From positions 86,298 through 150,297 of the forward strand of contig NIVC01000757.1 of assembly GCA_002269645.1 (NCBI GenBank): a DNA stretch of 64,000 nt, written 5' to 3'. This stretch comes from Macrostomum lignano. Lineage: Eukaryota. Made by a program: the position numbers and the translations under genes. Positions 13,741 to 24,766 of this stretch are shown one piece after another (positions within the stretch are counted from its first letter, which is position 1; the number at the start of each line of letters is the position of its first letter). The notes below the pieces were generated by a model. It was not told where the DNA came from. It worked only from the letters and a program-made list of their open reading frames with translations, and did no database searches.

Positions 13741-13995
13741 ATTATCGCCGGACATAGCGGCAACTCCGTAGGTGCAGGCCATCCCGTTGATCTGCTGGTG
13801 GATCAGGCCGCCAACTGCGTCTGGCTGGCCGTCGTCATCCCCAGTGGAGGCGAACGGCTCAACTGAGGCCCCACCCGCGGCGTCAGCCGAAGTTCCGTTG
13901 CCGTTTTTGAAGCAGAAAGTCAGGCTGACCTCCAGCTCTTCGTCAGTGGGATTTTCCACTCGCCATTCAAACAGGGCTACCGGCAGGCAGGAGTC
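13741..13995 (-). CDS. GBA2: GBA2 exon 2
   Basis: CGCAG acceptor and AAT|GTAATT donor, 255 bp. It reads [34 protein letters not shown], matching GBA2 DSSLPVGVFVWDVEN...VSIMFSMRNG. Confidence 0.92.
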
Positions 13996-14030
13996 CTGCG
14001 GGATTTGTTGGGAAGATTGACAGGGGCAAA

Positions 14031-14142
14031 GGACAGACAGACAGACAGACAGACACTAAGACAGACAGACACACAGACACACAGACAGACAGACAGACAG
14101 ACATACAGACAGACAGACACTAAGACAGACAGACAGACAGAC

Positions 14143-14188
<46 letters not shown>

Positions 14189-14565
14189 AACAAACAGACA
14201 GACAGACAGAGAGACAGACAGACAGACAGACAGACATACACACACAGACAAACACAGACAGACAGACAGACACACAGACACACAAACACACACACAGACA
14301 GACAGACAGACACTAAGACAGACACAGACAGACAGACACACAGAAACACACACACACAGACAGACAGACACACACACACACACACACACACAGACAGACA
14401 GACAGAGAGACATACACACACAGACAGACAGACAGACAGACACAGACAGACAGACAGACAGACACAGACACACAGACAGACACACAGACAGACACACACA
14501 CAGACAGACAAAGACAGACAGACAGACACAGACAGACAGACAGACAGACACAGACAGACACACAC

Positions 14566-14630
<65 letters not shown>

Positions 14631-14760
14631 TACACAGACAGACACAGACAGACAGACACACACACAGACACACACACACACACACAGACAAACAGACAGG
14701 CAGACAGACAGGCAGACAGACAGTGTCACTAGAACGTTACTAAGACAGACAGAGACAGGG
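14031..14760. repeat. (GACA)n/(CA)n compound microsatellite in GBA2 intron 1
   Basis: Read directly from the sequence. Confidence 0.98.
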
Positions 14761-14942
14761 ATGGATGAGCGGACAGACAGAAAGGAACAGTTAGGGATTA
14801 AATAAATAGACAGATAGATAGACATTGTCTGCCTGCTTGTCCGTCTGCCTTCTCTAAATGACAGAATAATAGTGATTTCCTGTCTGTGTCTGCCTATTAT
14901 TGTGACGGGACTAATAATAATAGTATTGCCACATATCTTCAC

Positions 14943-15569
14943 CTTGTAGTCGTGCGGCACAATAGGGCTAGTCTGTCTGCAGAGCAGCTTTACTCCCCGA
15001 TAAGGCAGCCGGTAGACAGTCCAAGACTGCGGATACAGACCCAAATAGGCGCACGACTCCTCTGGCAAGCCGCTAGCCCAGCCAGCTAGGGCTGGTGTAC
15101 GAAAATTTCTAAATACCAAAGCCCGCTGGAAAACGGTGCCGCCTCGCCTGCGCAGATTAACAATAAAACAGTCAGCTTCCGGCTGGGCGTATTCGTACAA
15201 ACCCGGAACTAATTGAAAGCGACGAAATTCGCCCCGAAATCCTCGACCAATACTGCCGCAGCCTAGGCCGCCAAGAGGCACCCCGTAAACTGGCTCGTGG
15301 GGCACGTGTACTAAACCGTCAATAAACGGTCGTTTCTTTTCTATGAAACGTTTGCGCAAATAGAAACGAAACAAGTAGCGCAATGACGGGCCTAATAAGT
15401 CTAATAACTGATGCCAGCGAGGTCGGTGGAACGGTACGCAGGGCTCGAACTCGCGACTAAATGTGGCCAGCCAACCGTGAGCTGGCGGGCGCCAGTCGCC
15501 ATGACATTTCAGCTCATCGAATAGAGCTCGGGCAGCTGCCTGATCTTGGCTCCAAGGTTTTTGTGTCAT
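14943..15569 (-). CDS. GBA2: GBA2 (non-lysosomal glucosylceramidase, GH116) exon 1
   Basis: ATG at 15569 and AAG|GTGAAG donor. Contains YGVPLGGLGCGSIGRGFRGEFRRFQL, LYPQSWTVY and CRQTSPIVPHDYK, all GH116 N-terminal motifs. Confidence 0.94.
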
Positions 15570-15836
15570 TCTTAATTAATTTAGTGATCTTAATAGTTCA
15601 AATTGTTTATTGTTCGCGATGGCTCCAACTGCGGCATGCAAACATTGCATAGTTATTAGAGTACATTTAAAATCGAAGCCATTGAAGATAACAGTAGATA
15701 TTTAATGCCATATAAGCACTTCCCGGGAAAAATTAGGACAAGTGATTTTTCAGTGTATATAATTCCACTTTCAAGCATTCTTTGAATCAAATACAGCATT
15801 TGGCTTTCCATCTGAGCTATTATCATTAATCATCAT

Positions 15837-16000
15837 AGGTTTTAGTCTAGTGGTTAGAGCGTCTGACTGTCTGACTCACGACTGAAAGGTCGGAAGTTCG
15901 ATTCTCGACCCAATCGGAACATCGACCCAGTTCACCCAGCTGTAAACTGATTAGCTCGGGTAATAGTGTGTGCTTGTGGCGACCCCCCAGTTCTTGGACT
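15837..16000 (+). mobile_element. tRNA-derived SINE (head and start of body)
   Basis: Pol III A box TAGTCTAGTGGTTAG and B box GTTCGATTC at tRNA-like spacing, with an internal GTCTGACT duplication and no intact acceptor stem. It is followed by CCCAGTTCACCCAGCTGTAAA, a typical SINE body motif. The 3' end was not defined. Confidence 0.7.
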
Positions 16001-17387
16001 AAACAGTCGTATGCAGCCTTCATAAGTGATTCATAAGTAAAGCAGTCACATGAAAAACATTTCTTGTCCAATAGCGACACATCCCTTTGTTGCCAGTAGA
16101 TACGGGTGTCGATGATTTCAAATCTTGGTGTTTGTCGATCTGCTTTTTTAAGACTACCATCCTACAACAAAGCAATTCTGATTTCCTACACCCCAAATTT
16201 ACGGAGCTTTATGTTTTTCGAGCTTTTTCACACTGTCATGACCAATTATCAGTTAATAAAATGTACAAGAAGGCTACTAGTATAACGTTGGTACAAAATA
16301 TCTTAAAAACCAAGATTGCGCCCACACTAACTGGGCTATAGAGGAAAACTAATTAAGAGTTGACTATGGAAAATTATGACGATAGGCAATTCTGAGACTG
16401 ACGACAGCTTTAAGAACTCTATGTCTGTTTAGGAAATAAAAAGCACGCATTGGTTAGAGCACTATTAAAAATATAACCATGGTGCAGCCGTTTCTATTTC
16501 CCTCTTCTAACAACGCTTCTTCTATTCTCGTAGACTGGCCAAAGTTCGCATTGTTAAGCTAATCCATGTCGCACCAAGTAGTAACCAACGCAATTGTGAT
16601 CAAGAAAGCTTCTTCTCTATCACAAAGCTAGGCACTGGATAAGGGATGGGTCGGTTGGGCATCTCTGACCCATTCCTTTCATGGGTTTTTTCCCTCCTCC
16701 CTAGGCAGCTAGCAGGAAGTGATTTCGTGAGTTTTTGGCAACAGCATCGGCCCTGCTCTTAGCTAGCACTCCCAGATTTGATATTCTCCCTCCCGTGCTG
16801 ACGCTGGCGCAAGTGGGAGTGAGTCGACTCTTTTACGACTTCCAGGCAAGCCGCCAAGTGAGCAGCGCCATCGCGCGTACAACACGCATAACGCTTCCGT
16901 GCAGCGAGTGTGTCGCTTCCCTTACAGCCCTAAAGAAAACTGCTGCGCGGTGTGTTGTTACACTTCTTCTCTTGGCAAGGATTGCAATACATTTTTGAGC
17001 AACCCCCAATCAAGCCCAGCCAATCTAGATTGTCCAATAGTGATTCTGTGTGCGAAAAAAAAGTTTTAAGCCATTACAATTGCGGTTTCCAAGGTGAAGG
17101 GATGCGTTTTGTGCATCAGGCGGATGAGGCGGCTTTTAACGATCAATTGGATGAGCAACTACTAGATAAATAACAGATAGCCAAGCAGTCAAGACGACAG
17201 CCTTTGAGTTACTTTGCAATTGGAGTTGATATAAAATTTCGTAACTAACTAAGGAATCTATAGCAACGGAAAAGTTCCGGTGACAAGCTGAAGCAAAAAG
17301 GTAAGACGCATAAGTAGCCCTGAACAAGTAAATTTACTAGTAAAAATCTCGGAATGTAACACGCGAAAGGGCAAGAATGACAATTCA

Positions 17388-17409
17388 GAGAGAGAGAGAG
17401 AGAGAGAGA
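17388..17409. repeat. (GA)n microsatellite just upstream of the low-complexity gene
   Basis: Read directly from the sequence. Confidence 0.9.
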
Positions 17410-17448
17410 CGTATCAATCTAGACCACGTTTAATTACGTCAAATCCCT

Positions 17449-17844
17449 ATGCTTTCCAGCAAAATGACAGCGGAAAACCACGCCAATAACAGAGCTGGTC
17501 GAATAAAGCTACTCAGTCGCTTAAGCAGCGGTGACTCAAACCGACACCAGCATCAGCAGCAACTGCAACAACATCAACAACACAGACTAGATCTACCAAG
17601 ACCTCTGACTGCCAAACGGCGCTTGTCTGGTGCAGATCAAGTGGCAGCTGTGCCAGTTGGAGTAGAAAAGCCCACAATTGCTAGCACACTTCGAAGCACA
17701 GTTGGTGGTAATAACTTTTTAAACAGCGGATTAGCCAACGGATGCGGCGGAAGCGGACTACTAGGCGTAGTGGGCGCCGCTGGGCCCAGACGACGATCGC
17801 AGCGAATAGCACCGCTGTTGCCGTTTCGATTGAGAAATCAGCAG
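17449..17844 (+). CDS. Exon 1 of an uncharacterised low-complexity protein gene
   Basis: ORF from ATG 17449 (alternative ATG 17465) to a CAG|GTAAAT donor in phase 0. The reading is Q/G/R-rich. Confidence 0.65.
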
Positions 17845-18262
17845 GTAAATATCAGGATATAAATTGAAAATACTCAGCCAGCGGCCTAGCGCAAAATTAA
17901 CATGCGCGTTTTAGCATATCAATCGATAAGTGCCACACAAACCCTCTGATTTAGTCGATCTTTTTGGTTGTCTCTCAAGCTTCTGAGCTCAGCATACGTA
18001 CACTCTAAAGTGTAGCATACATAAGTATCTGCCTAAAGATTTTTATCAACAGTCAGGTAGTTACAGCTACATTCTTTACTCCGTGCCAAAGAGATTCACA
18101 GTACATCGAGAGCAAGAATCCTACAAATAATCGGACATGAGAACATTAGTGTGAGACAGATGTGTTATCTATCCCGCATTCGCTATATCGCTCGTACATA
18201 CCATATGTATGAATATTCTTAATAGCCACTATTAGAGTCTAGTTATAAATTCAACATTCCAG

Positions 18263-20269
18263 AATGCTTCATCCAATAGCGGAGGCATGGCAAACGGTGA
18301 AAACGGAGGCGGCGGCAGCGTAGGACAACGCTTCAACCGGCTTGGTAGCAATGGTCGGCCACTATCTGGAGCAGCCAGAGGAGGAGGAGGAGGAGGAGCT
18401 GGAAAAGCGACTAACCTGTGCTACTACAGCGGCGGTGCGGGCGCGTTCGGAAGAAACGGCGTTGGCATTGGTGCGCCGTATCTACCAAAAAGCGCAGTGC
18501 AAGGCCGAAGAAACGGTAGCGGCGGCAGCGGCAGCAATGCAGGATCGCGACGAGCTTCTAACAGCAGCGGCGTCGGATTAAACTTCAACGGAAGTGGCGG
18601 CGGTGGCAGCACTCCAGGTAGTCGACGCAGCTCGCAGGCCAGCATTCGCAGCCAGGGCTCAGGCACCGGTGGTAGTGGACGAAAAAAGACAGCTGCAGCG
18701 CCAGTACCGACAATGCTAATTGACGTGCAAATCCAGCTGCCACAGTCGCGGCACTGGCCCAAGTGGCAGCGAGAACGCATTGCTAACAGCCTGTTCGGCA
18801 ATCGGCCCGGTGATGACCAATGGATAACTCTGGACGAATTAGACGAAAAGATGCGCCAACTGCTTCTACTAAGACCCCAATCGGCAGGCAAAGAAGCTAT
18901 GCAAACAGTTAATGAAGACGTCTCGGATGTAGACTCGAAAGCTTCACAATCAAGACTACGTCAGCGCAATCAATTTAGAAGAACGTCGCTGCGTTCCCGA
19001 TCGCCTTCACCAAATGGCAGCAACAGTAGCGGCGGTTATCAGCAGCAGCAAACTGCCCAACAGATGCAAGCATCGCAACAGCAGCTGTTGTTGCGTATCA
19101 AAGCTAAAAAGCCGGCAACAGAGCGCCTTGAACGGCCGCTGACGCGTCGAAAGTCGTCAGTATTGCAGCTAGGTGTAGCAGCAACAGGATCAACAACGGA
19201 TGCAGCGACGACGACAAAACAACAGCAGCATCACAGTCACCAACATCAGCAGACAGCTATAGCAACTGCATCGCAGCTAACTTCGGGTATCGGGCGTAGA
19301 AAAAGTAGCCATACTGGCCTAATGTTTCCACACAGATGGCCCAGTGCTAGAGCAACATCAAACAACTCGACAACCGGTACTACAACAACACCGCCTGTCA
19401 ATGCAACGACAACCACACCGAAGTTGGAGCAAAGAGCCCCTTCTAGACAGGATCTGAACACTCAGGCTGTAGTTAACATTGAGACGCGAGATCAACCAAA
19501 AAGTAATGCCACTAGCAGCGAATCAGTACCTAAAGGCGAGGATGAAACGAGTGCGGCACAGCAGCAGCAGCAGCAACAACAACATCCGTCGAGGCGATTT
19601 CACAAAGTTGGCTTTGGTAGGGCAAAATCAGGCCGCTTGATTAAAACTGTCTCTGAGCAGAGATTCAGCTTCCTTGGCGCGGCAGCAGGAGGTGGAAGAC
19701 GCGGCTCAACAGTTACAGCCATCGCTGCAGCAGCTGCAGCCGGTAATAAAGGCAGCACGGCATCGAATGGCAGTGTTGGAAACGATGACTCTACTGCAAC
19801 TAAAAGTACTAATACTGCAACAAACGGTGGCAGCTTAAAGTCAAAAGCAACGCCAGCAAACAATGAAGGAGGCGGGCGCATCTGTGGCGACGATCCCTAC
19901 ACGAGCCAGTTGCGCAATCGGGTACACAATTCCTACTACAATCCAGGACCAGTTGATGCAGCAGCTTCTGCTGCAGGATCAACTACGACTGTCACTGCAC
20001 TGAAAGTACCCAATATAACTGCATCGGCAGCACAGTCAACATCAGTTGCATCTGGCAAAAACAATGTGCCTAGTCTAACGCACAGTATCAGCACGCCAAG
20101 CATTGTGATCGACACTGCAGGCACAGAGGAACCAGCCAGTAATGGAGCCTCAGATTCAATGACAGATGCAGTTGGCATTGTCGGTCAATCAACTCTGGCT
20201 GCAGCATTGGCACTGCGAGGTCACAAATCCCCGGTTCAAAATCTGCTACAAGTGCCTGGGTCTTACTGA
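18263..20269 (+). CDS. Exon 2 of an uncharacterised S/G/A/Q/T-rich, probably disordered protein (~800 aa with exon 1)
   Basis: The CATTCCAG acceptor at 18262 lies 24 nt upstream of, and in frame with, the 660-aa ORF. The 2-kb frame is uninterrupted, and there is a sharp switch to AT-rich DNA after the TGA. Confidence 0.8.
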   Translation, partial: NASSNSGGMANGENGGGGSVGQRFNRLGSNGRPLSGAARGGGGGGAGKATNLCYYSGGAGAFGRNGVGIGAPYLPKSAVQGRRNGSGGSGSNAGSRRASNSSGVGLNFNGSGGGGSTPGSRRSSQASIRSQGSGTGGSGRKKTAAAPVPTMLIDVQIQLPQSRHWPKWQRERIANSLFGNRPGDDQWITLDELDEKMRQLLLLRPQSAGKEAMQTVNEDVSDVDSKASQSRLRQRNQFRRTSLRSRSPSPNGSNSSGGYQQQQTAQQMQASQQQLLLRIKAKKPATERLERPLTRRKSSVLQLGVAATGSTTDAATTTKQQQHHSHQHQQTAIATASQLTSGIGRRKSSHTGLMFPHRWPSARATSNNSTTGTTTTPPVNATTTTPKLEQRAPSRQDLNTQAVVNIETRDQPKSNATSSESVPKGEDETSAAQQQQQQQQHPSRRFHKVGFGRAKSGRLIKTVSEQRFSFLGAAAGGGRRGSTVTAIAAAAAAGNKGSTASNGSVGNDDSTATKSTNTATNGGSLKSKATPANNEGGGRICGDDPYTSQLRNRVHNSYYNPGPVDAAASAAGSTTTVTALKVPNITASAAQSTSVASGKNNVPSLTHSISTPSIVIDTAGTEEPASNGASDSMTDAVGIVGQSTLAAALALRGHKSPVQNLLQVPGSY

Positions 20270-21959
20270 ACATTAACCCCTCCTAACTTTGCAATAGTAA
20301 CAGGTGCAACTAAATCTCGAACAATTGTTACCACTGACTTCAAAATCTAAATTGTATGTTGCATCATATTGCAGATATTTTTAGTCCCAAAATACTACGA
20401 TAAGAAACTCCAGACATAACTCTTCCAAGGAAATATGCACACAAGCTACTAGTACAATGCCTTTATACAACTACTCCACATAGAATTAAATCATTTAAAT
20501 TGAAACTGAGACTGCATACTAATATAAGTAGTAGGAAATGAAATTCAATAATTAATGTTAACAATTATAACTTAATCAGAACTGTGTGCAATTTATGACC
20601 AAAAGAAGAGACAAGATTAAATATTATAATTTAGATGAATTGGTTTTTAAAATCAAAGACTAAAATTCAAAAAGTGGTATAGAAGAATTCTATAAGTTTA
20701 AAACTTTATTTTTTAAAGCTTTAAAAGCTTGTGAGCCATTTGAAGCTTACCATTTCTTAAACAATGACAATAAACAATGGAAATGTTATAAAAAGAAATT
20801 TTTTATTTTTAGTTCCTCTGATTTACAAAATACATTTGAGCACAATCTTAATCTTGCTTGCTTAAAGTCTATGCACATTGCTTTTTTTTATTTTTCTATT
20901 AATATGTTGCTACAGTTTTATATACTTTTATTTGAGATAAATTAGTGACTACCTAATTGTACTATTTTTCTTACAGATTGCACATTTTTAATGCAAAAAT
21001 AACTAATTTTAAATATTTTTTTCAAATATTAAAATTACCATATTCTTTATTTTACTATTCAACTAAAATTCAAGCTAAACAAACTACGCATATGAAGCAG
21101 TTCTAGCTATTTGCATTTTAAGAATATTCTTCTTCAATGCGACTATTGCTAGTAAAGTTAAAATTAGAGAAATTTATTTGAATTATCTCATTAGATACTT
21201 GCAAATTTATTGTAGGTATTAATCAAATTTCTAATACCCTTAGCAAGTATCTAGTTTAATAGCTGAATAACTACTATACAGACTAGAATATTAAATATAA
21301 TGCCTTAGAGTATTTTTGTATAATATATTAACCTATATACAGCAAAGATTAAAAGGTTATAGCACCTAGAATTCTACATTTCTTGTATTTAAATATTTAG
21401 CTCTTAGTATCGAAAAATTGACATTTAAAAGATATGTAAAAAGGGTTTAAAAATTGACTAACTTTTGGCTACCATAAGTTTGCTCTACATAAAGTGATTA
21501 TAAACTTTACACAATTCTTCATTGACTTATTCCCTGTCTAATTATAAAGTTTCAATGTTGTAACTCAATCCACTCAATCCATTTACCCACTCATTCTCTC
21601 AGACCAAAGGTCAGGCAATATAGCTTAGTATATATAGCAAATGTAAGGTGTTTTTAAAAAATTAAAATATTCTTTGTACCACTGTGGAGAGAGTACATTT
21701 AGCCATGCCAGTTTAGTGAGAAACTCTAATTATTGTTCTCTATATAGGCAACTCTGCAGTAGTTTAAAAATAGATAGAAAATCAAGGCAATGCGGCATGG
21801 TTTGTAAAAAAAGTGAAAGTGAAAGTGAAACTTTAAAAAATTTAATTGCCTCCAAGAGAGTACTACACCCCACAAACTGGCTTTCAAAGCAGAGGTAGGC
21901 ACCTGGCAGACTTTTACCTCAAGGGTCAGCTAAACAATCTAGCTCATGACTGCAGGCCA

Positions 21960-22590
21960 GATGAGAGTTAAAAGGAGAGAGAATAGATGACTAAAAAAGA
22001 GAGGAGGTAAGAGGTGATGAGGAAAGGATAGAAGATGAAAGAACAAAAGAAAGCAAGGAGAAGGGAAAGGGAAAAGCAAGAGGAGAAGAAACAGAAAGAG
22101 GGGCAAAAGAAGTAAGAGGAAATCAGGGAGAGGGTGGAAGGGAAGAGAAGAGAAAAGAGGGGAGAGAATAGAGATAAAGGGAAAAAGTGGGTAGGGTTGC
22201 TTGCTTAACCTGGGTTGGAAAGAAGTGGAGTGAGAAGAGGAAAGGGTAGAAAAAGATATTATAAATTGAAAATTGAAAACTGAAAAGTGAAGATTAGATA
22301 TGAAAGAAGTGATGACAGAGAAGAGGAGAGATTGGAAAGGAAAATAGAGAAGACAGGAAAGACTAGATAGGAGACAAGAGTAGAGAGAAGATATAAGTCA
22401 AGAGAAATGGGGGGCAAAGTAGAGAAAAGAGAGAATAGAGGAAAGAAGAAAGATAAAAGAGAAAGAAAAAAGATAAATAAGAAGAGATCAGAGAGCAGAG
22501 ATGAGAAAGAAGATGGAAGAAAAGGGGGTAAAGAGAAAAGAATAAAAGAGAAAAAGAGGGCAGAGGAAGGGAGAGACAACAACAATAGAA
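21960..22590 (+). repeat. Purine-rich (G/A) low-complexity tract
   Basis: About 630 bp that are almost entirely A/G on the + strand. Confidence 0.85.
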
Positions 22591-22619
22591 TATGCATTTA
22601 GCATTGCAGCATTGACATT

Positions 22620-23720
22620 GTTTGGCATGCAGAGCACGACAGTCTTCTAAGCTATGATATCAACCTAAGCTATGACATCATTGCACTGCAGGAGGTGTCT
22701 TTCAAGGCTAATCTAGGGCTTCACTGTAGGGATCTAGGCACTGGATAGACCCTCTACTACATATCAGCAGACCAACGAGGCCATGGAGGAGTTGGAGTGC
22801 TAATCGGACCAAGGCTGCAGCAGAGCTGTTGCTGTATCTCTGTCCCCTTGACTGCTCTGGGTCAATGTCCAGCTTTGTGGCTGGAATGCTTGCTTGTTCT
22901 GCGCATATGCACCTTTTGTCACCCAACCTAACAAGGCTCAAGCCTTTTTGAGCAGCTCTCGGTACAGGTGGAGGCAATAGCGCAGCGTGACAGTGATAAT
23001 CCTCAGAGACCTGAATGTAGCTTTGTTTAGGTCCAAGTGGTCACTTTTTGTCATATCGCAGGAGAACAGCAACACTGGAGTGCTAGAGGACTTCTTGGAG
23101 AGGCAGGACATGGTTTCAGCCAATAGCTGTTTCTACAACCTGCTAGGGCAAGCTTATAAATTTTGTGGGCTGCAAGTGCACGCAAAGGCAGGCATAGCTC
23201 GATCATGTGCTGGTGTACTTCTAAGAGTGCCACCGCATTGTCAACTGCCACGCCATCATGGCCACTAGCTCTGCAGTCCAATCATCAACTCCTTATTTAC
23301 AACTTTTATCTTTACAATCTACTATACCATCTATTAAAGTGGCTACCAAGGTGCTACTATAGCCCATTCAGGGATGCAAACATGCACAGCATTGCTAGTG
23401 CTTTCATCATTGCATTTGGTGGCAAGTGTGGACATGCCAAGTAGGTGGAGGTGTATGCTGCAGTTTGAGCCACTGAACAATAGAACAAACAGTTCTACTA
23501 ATGCAGCTAGCCCATTGGGAGCAGCCAGTATAGCAAGACAACCTTGCAATTTAGCAAGCAAGGGAAGAACTCCATTTGAGCAGGCAACCAACCTAAGAGG
23601 CAGAGAAGGCCTTGGCAGCTGTCTATCTCCAGCACCAGCAGGCTGTTATTAATGATGCCATTTGGGCTATCTTTGCCGCTGGGCATTTGGAAATGAAAAA
23701 TCAATTAAGGAGGCACAAAT
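22620..23720 (+). mobile_element. Degenerate non-LTR retrotransposon, AP-endonuclease region
   Basis: Broken frames give YDIIALQEV (22671), DQRGHGGVGVLIGPRL, CAYAP (22900), VIILRDLN and LEDFLERQDMVSANSCF, which are APE motifs. Stops and frameshifts are present. Confidence 0.8.
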
Positions 23721-24619
23721 TTAGGTTTTTGGAAGGTGCAATATGTTCTGTCAAGCTAATTTGGGGGGCAGCCACCCCTTCTGCCTTCCTCCCTTAAATC
23801 TGCCCCTACTGTATGCTAGAAATTTTTTGGCTAACAAATGATCTCTCTAAAAGTTGGCATATACATTTTGGCATACAAATTCATGCCAATTGTTGGAAAA
23901 TATTCTAATTTTGGCATGCAAAAATATACAAATTTTGGAATATATATAAACTATGACAATTATATAATGTATAAAATATATTATTAACATTTTATATAAA
24001 ATTGAATAACTAATAGGCAGACCTACAATCTAAAAAGTCAATGCCAAAATACTTTTTTCATAGTTAATATTATATACAATTAAAAGTTATTGCTAGAAAC
24101 TCTAATTATATATCATAATTTTTTAATAACAATGATAATAATAATGATAACACTTTTCAACAAATAGGCCTAGTGAGAAAAGCTGGAATAACTTCAATCT
24201 ATACCTAATGCCCACTATAAACCTTTTCTTTACCCTTTGTGCCTCCAATGCATACTATATTCCTTTTTAACTTTATGCATTTCTATTTCAGCATACCTTT
24301 TGTTCACCTTTCAAAAACAACAACAACAACAACAGAGTACACTGCCAGTTCACACAAGCAGCATCAGATAGCATGCTTTGAAGCTTGGGCGCGAACAAAG
24401 GCCGCACCACCGGCAGAGTCCGGGGTGCCGGCATTAGCCAGTAGACAGTCAATGCAGTGCCGAGTCCTTGCCTGTCCCTGCCGCCTGCCGGTAGGGTGCT
24501 TGCAATATAAGGCTACTTCACCTTTCATTCTACTAATGATACCTATCCAAGTGGCCCTATTGCAGCGCATGGCTTAAGTACGCCAGACGCCTACACAACC
24601 TGCGCCACGCTGTGAAATG

Positions 24620-24766
24620 ACTTACCTGTGAAAGAAACCCTAAAGCAAAATTAATGCAGTTTTGGGTAAACAGCAGGAGTAACTATGACTGTCTTATCAA
24701 GCCTAAATGCCTCGGCATCTAATTAGTACTACGCCCGTATTCTATGGGGTGGCATTTTTGCGACTT
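24620..24766 (+). repeat. Dispersed repeat copy containing a 28S rRNA-like segment (24664-24727)
   Basis: 53/64 ungapped identity to the conserved 28S sequence GGGTAAACGGCGGGAGTAACTATGACTCTCTTAAGGTAGCCAAATGCCTCGTCATCTAATTAGT (recalled). Its flanks are homologous to 54715-55250. Confidence 0.85.

Noticed and set aside
12406-14691. ORFs 12406-12666, 13455-13667 and 13977-14691 (VCLS/QTDR repeats)
   Set aside because: They are translations of intronic mini- and microsatellites.
15837-15912. Functional tRNA gene
   Set aside because: It has an internal 8-bp duplication, no closing acceptor stem and a SINE-type body downstream.
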